From assembly GCF_009914755.1 (NCBI RefSeq), contig NC_060947.1: DNA of 64,000 nucleotides. One strand, written 5' to 3'. Shown piece by piece: positions 59,578 through 64,000 of this stretch. The notes beneath the pieces are model-generated. The model was not told where the DNA came from and made no database searches. It was given only the letters and a program-made list of their open reading frames with translations. Positions within the stretch are counted from its first letter, which is position 1. Every line of letters begins with the position of its first letter. A program made the position numbers and the translations under genes. Source of the stretch: the human T2T-CHM13v2.0 reference genome, Homo sapiens.

Positions 59578-60033
59578 ATGGCAGGCGCCCCTCCCCCAGC
59601 CTCGCTGCCACCTTGCAGTTTGATCTCAGACTGCTGTGCTAGCAATCAGCGAGACTCCGTGGGCGTAGGACCCTCCAAGCCAGGTGCGGGATATAATCTC
59701 CTGGTGCGCCGTTTTTTAAGCCCATCAGAAAAGCGCAGTATTGGGGTGGAAGTGACCCGATTTTCCAGGTGCCGTCTATCACCCCTTTCTTTGACTAGGA
59801 AAGGGAACTCCCTGACCCCTTGCGCTTCCCGAGTGAGGCAATGCCTCGCCGTGCTTCGGCTCGCACACGGTGCACTGCACCCACTGTCCTGCACCCACTG
59901 TCTGGCATTCCCCAGTGAGATGAACCCGGTACCTCTGATGGAAATGCAGAAATCAGCCGTCTTCTGCGTCGCTCACGCTGGGAGCTGTAGACTGGAGATG
60001 TTCCTATTCGGCCATCTTTGTCACTCAGTATAA
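59578..60033 (+). CDS. L1 antisense ORF0, open, 151 aa
   Basis: gcaATGG context; MAGAPPPASLPPCSLISDCCASNQRDSVGVGP matches the ORF0 N-terminus; expression unknown. Confidence 0.5.
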   Translation: MAGAPPPASLPPCSLISDCCASNQRDSVGVGPSKPGAGYNLLVRRFLSPSEKRSIGVEVTRFSRCRLSPLSLTRKGNSLTPCASRVRQCLAVLRLAHGALHPLSCTHCLAFPSEMNPVPLMEMQKSAVFCVAHAGSCRLEMFLFGHLCHSV

Positions 60034-60404
60034 TAGTTCTAATGGTTGGCTATATTAAATAAATACATAGTGTAGCACTTCATAGGTATGCCAAAATCTA
60101 GTCTTAAAATTCGAGGGATACTAGAGAGCTGTCTTGTTAAAAAATGTGAATTGAATGTTATTTTATATTTTATGGATTTGGGGAACTTCTTACACGTAAA
60201 TTATTGTATTCTTCATAATGTAACATACTAATACACTCAATTTGTATAACATCTCCATTTGAAAGAACTGAAAATGTAAGACAAACAAACAAAAGCATTC
60301 GAATTCCCTAAACATTTTAACAGAAGTTTGTTTATACGGGAGTATAATGAGTAGAAGTATCTGAACAACAGAATTTTTTTGAAAAAGGGCTTTAAAAATG
60401 ATTG

Positions 60405-61445
60405 TTCATTTTGTGCAGCAAAGGAAACAATCAAAAGAGTGAAAAGACAACCTATGAAATGGGAGAAAATATTTGCAAACCATACAGCTGAGAAGAGATT
60501 AACATCCAGAATAGAAAAGGAACTCATACAATTCAATAGCAGAAAAAACAAAACAAAACAAAACAAAACAAACAGAAAAACTAAACAACTTGATTAAAAA
60601 ATGGGCAAAGGACTTGAATAGATATCTTTCTAAAGAAGACATGCAAATGGACAGAAGGTATATGAAAAGATACTCAATGTCACTAATCATCAGCGTAATG
60701 CAAATCAAAACCACCAGGAGATATTATCTTATACCCATTAGGATGGCCAGTATAAAGAAAAATGGAAAATAAAGTGTTGGTGAGGATGTGGAGAAATTGG
60801 AATCTTTGTGCACTGTCGGTGGGAATGTAAAAAGGTGCAGCTTCTATGGAAAAAAGTATGAAGGTTTTTGAAAAAATTAAAAATAGAATTACCATTTGAT
60901 CCAGCAACCCTATTAAAGAGAATATATCCAAAAGAGTGGAAAACAGGATCTTAAAGAGCTATTTGCATTCTCACGTCCATTGTATTACTCAGGACAGCCA
61001 AGAGGTGGAAGAAATCTAAACGTCCATCAAGGGAGGAACGGATAAAGAAGGTGTGGCATATACATATGATTGAATATTATTCAGCCTTAAAAAAGGAGAT
61101 CCTGTCATTTGCACAAAATGATGAATCTGGAAGACATTATGCTAAGTGGATAAGTCAGACACAGAAGGACAAATACTACATAATACCACTTATATGAGGA
61201 ATCTAAATCTAAAATAGTCAAACTCTTAGAAAGTACTAATAGTGATTTCCAGGAGTTGAGAGGAGGGGGAAGAGGGAAGTTGTTTAATGGGTATAAATTT
61301 TTGATTTTGCAAGATGAAAAGGTTCCAGATATTTGCTATACAAAAATGTACACATAGTTAACACTACTGTACCATACACTTAAAATTGGAGATGGTATAT
61401 TAAAATTAAGATGGTATATTTTATGTGTTTTTATCAAAATAAAAA
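60405..61445 (+). mobile_element. L1MA/L1MB 3' fragment
   Basis: [24 protein letters not shown] and [10 protein letters not shown] remnants followed by an L1M-type 3' UTR. Confidence 0.88.
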
Positions 61446-61714
61446 GTCATGCCATTTCTTCATTGAATGGAATATTTATCTATAAATAATTGAATAAATA
61501 ATTCAATCTTTTATTTTACTTAAATCACATGGCGATAGTGTGATTCTGTGGGTCAGCAATATCACAGTGGACAAATGAAAGCGTTATGAATAGGGCAGAC
61601 AAGTTATAATGGATAATTACATGGTCATCAACACAGATTTTGCTGGTAACCCAAGAATTGTAGTGTTCTTAATAACGTATGTTTTAATAGATAGAAATAG
61701 TTTTTTAAAAAAAA

Positions 61715-62006
61715 AATTATTTCCATAAGCTTTTGGGGAACGGGTGGTATTTGGTTACATAAGTTCTTTAGTGTTGATTTGTGAGATTTTGGTGCACCCA
61801 TCACTCAAGTAGTATACACTGAACCCAATTTGTAGTCTTTCATCCCTCACCCCCTCCTGCTCTTTTTCCTGAGTCCCCAAAGTCCACTGTATCATTCTTA
61901 TGTCTTTGCATCCTCATAGATTAGCTCCCAGTTATGAGTGAGAATATACGATGTTTGGTTTTCCATTCCTGAGATACTTCACTTAGAATAATAGTCTCCA
62001 GTTCCA
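61715..62006 (-). mobile_element. L1PB(1-like) 3' end fragment
   Basis: ggtggtatttggttacat...gtgagattttggtgcacccatcac. Confidence 0.85.
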
Positions 62007-62192
62007 TTTTAATGCACTGAATTGTGTACATATATATCATACAGCCTATTCCTTAATGTAAATAATCAGTTGTATTTGGAAAATTTGGGCTGTGTCAAGT
62101 AATGATAAAAGTAAAAGATATGTGCTTGCTAGCCAACAAAACCTGGAGATATACATCCATATTTCTAAATAAATAAAATAATAAATAGCCGA

Positions 62193-62760
62193 TTATCTTG
62201 GTTTAGGTTGCCATAACAATACGCCATTGACTGGGTGGCTAAAACAATAGAAACTTATTTTCTCACAGCTCAGAGACTAGAAGTTCAAAGTACCAGTGAT
62301 AGAGACAGGTGACAGTCAAGAGTCCCCGGCAAAACCCTGCTTTCAAGCCTATAATAGCCTGAAGGCTGAAAAACCAGACTGCTGGTCCCGGATGAAGCCC
62401 ACCCTTTCACGACTAATTGTCTCTGAATACAGCCCACCTGTGCACTGGGAGGAAGGGGTGGAGCCTCAGGAAGTTCTCCCCATTTGCAGTGGGGAGGAGC
62501 CCAACCTCTCCTGTTCCTGTGTGGTGACCTGGGATTCAATCTGTGAAGTGGAGGGCCTGTTAGCATCTCACTTTGCTGAGTTTTTTTTCCTTTTTGCCCA
62601 GTAAATTCCACTCCTCACCCTTCTATGTGTCCGCAAGCCTCATCTTTCCTGGTCGTGTGACAAGAACCTGATTTTAGCTGAACTAAAGAGAATGTTCTGC
62701 AACACCAGTATGGTTGGTTTCCGGTGACGGCTCTATTCCTAGCTTGAAGATAGCTGCTTT
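62193..62760 (-). mobile_element. MaLR LTR (MLT1/MST) interrupted by an ERV1 LTR and an L1
   Basis: ggttgccataacaatacgccattgactgggtggctaaaacaatagaaacttattttctcacag; resumes at 62709. Confidence 0.75.
62297..62704 (+). mobile_element. ERV1 solo LTR (MER48-like)
   Basis: TG...CA termini, TSD ccag at 62293-62296 and 62705-62708. Confidence 0.82.
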
Positions 62761-62770
62761 AAGAGAGCTG

Positions 62771-64000
62771 CTTCCTCTTTTCCTAATTGAATCCCCTTTA
62801 TTTCTTTCTTTTGCATGATTGCCCTGGTGAGAACTTCCAACACTATGTTGAATAGGAGTGGTGCGAGAGGGCATCCCCGTCTTGTGCCAGTTTTCAAAGG
62901 GAATTACACTTTATACAAAAATTAATTCAAGATGGATTAAAGACTTAAATGTTAGACCTAAAACCAAAGAAAACCCTAGAAGAAAACCTAGGCAATACCA
63001 TTCAGGACATAGGCATGGGCAAGGACTTCATGACTAAAACACAAAAAGCAATGGCAACAAAAGCCAAAATAGACAAATGGGATCTAATTAAACCAAAGAG
63101 CATCTGCACAGCAAAAGAAACTACCATCAGAGTGAACAGGCAACCTACAGAATAGGAGAAAATTTTTGCAATCTACACATCTGACAGAGGGCTAATATCC
63201 AGAATCTACAGAGAACTTAAACAAATTTACAAGAAAAAAATCAAACAACCCCATCAAAAAGTGCGCAAAGGATATGAACAGACACTTCAAAAGAAGACAT
63301 TAATGCAGCCAATAGACACATGAAAAAATGCTCGTCATCACTGGTCATCGGAGAAATGCAACTCAAAACCACAATGAGATACCATTTCACACCAGTTAGA
63401 ATGGCGATCATTAAAAAGTCAGGAAACAACAGGTGCTGGAGAGGATGTGGAGAAATAGGAATGCTTTTTCACTGTTGGTGGGAGGGTAAACTAGTTCAAC
63501 CATTGTGGAAAACTGTGGCGATTCCTCAAGGATCTAGAATTGGAAATACCATTTGACCCAGCCATCCCATTACTGGGTATATACCCAAAGGATTACAAAT
63601 CATGCTATTATAAAGACACATGCACACGTATGTTCACGGCGGCACTATTCACAATAGCAAAGACTTGGAGCCAACCCAAATGTCCATCAATGATAGACTG
63701 GATTAAGAAAATGTGGCACATATACACCATGGAATATTATGTGGCCATAAAAAAGGATGAGTTCATGTCCTTTGTAGGGACATGGATGAAGCTGGAAACC
63801 ATCATTCTCAGCAAACTATCTCAAGGGCAGAAAATCAAACACTGCATGTTCTCACTCATAGGTGGGAATTGAACGACGAGAACAATTGGACACAGAGCGG
63901 GGAACATCACACACTGGGGCCTGTTGTGGGGTGGGGGGAGGGGGGAGGGATAGCATTAGGAGAAATACCTAATGTAAATGACGAGTTAATGCGTGCAGCA
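62771..64000 (+). mobile_element. 5'-inverted, truncated L1PA(5-7-like); runs off the window end
   Basis: 62771-62904 is antisense RT-region sequence; 62905 onward is sense ORF2 C-terminus (…FSLIGGN) and 3' UTR. Confidence 0.93.

Noticed and set aside
61380-61420. Short tandem duplication ttaaaatt..agatggtata
   Set aside because: Local slippage within an L1 3' UTR; unremarkable

Overview
Primate, most likely human, genomic DNA lying entirely inside a teneurin gene on the minus strand. The peptides match TENM1 (teneurin-1/ODZ1, X chromosome). Two consecutive coding exons are present: 39341-39581 (241 nt, proline-rich intracellular domain) and 7397-7635 (239 nt, juxtamembrane region plus most of the transmembrane helix), separated by a 31.7-kb intron. 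The rest is intron packed with transposable elements: about a dozen Alus, many MIR/L2 relics, four ERV1-type solo LTRs with 4-bp TSDs, MaLR fragments, DNA-transposon MITEs (Charlie1-like, MER20, MER82, MADE1), a full-length sense-oriented L1PA3/4-like element with dead ORF1/ORF2 but an open, extended ORF0, a 5'-inverted L1, and an unusually long CR1/L3 fossil covering both endonuclease and RT. Most other ORF-track entries are noise. The best leads are in the repeat-free ~800 bp upstream of the 241-nt exon: a candidate alternative first exon with an in-frame uORF, a candidate 21-nt stop-containing micro-exon and an in-frame intronic ATG. There are also several template-switch footprints inside Alus and a MADE1. 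I found no convincing wholly new biological system. Repeat subfamily names and exon numbers come from memory of consensus sequences, not from a search.
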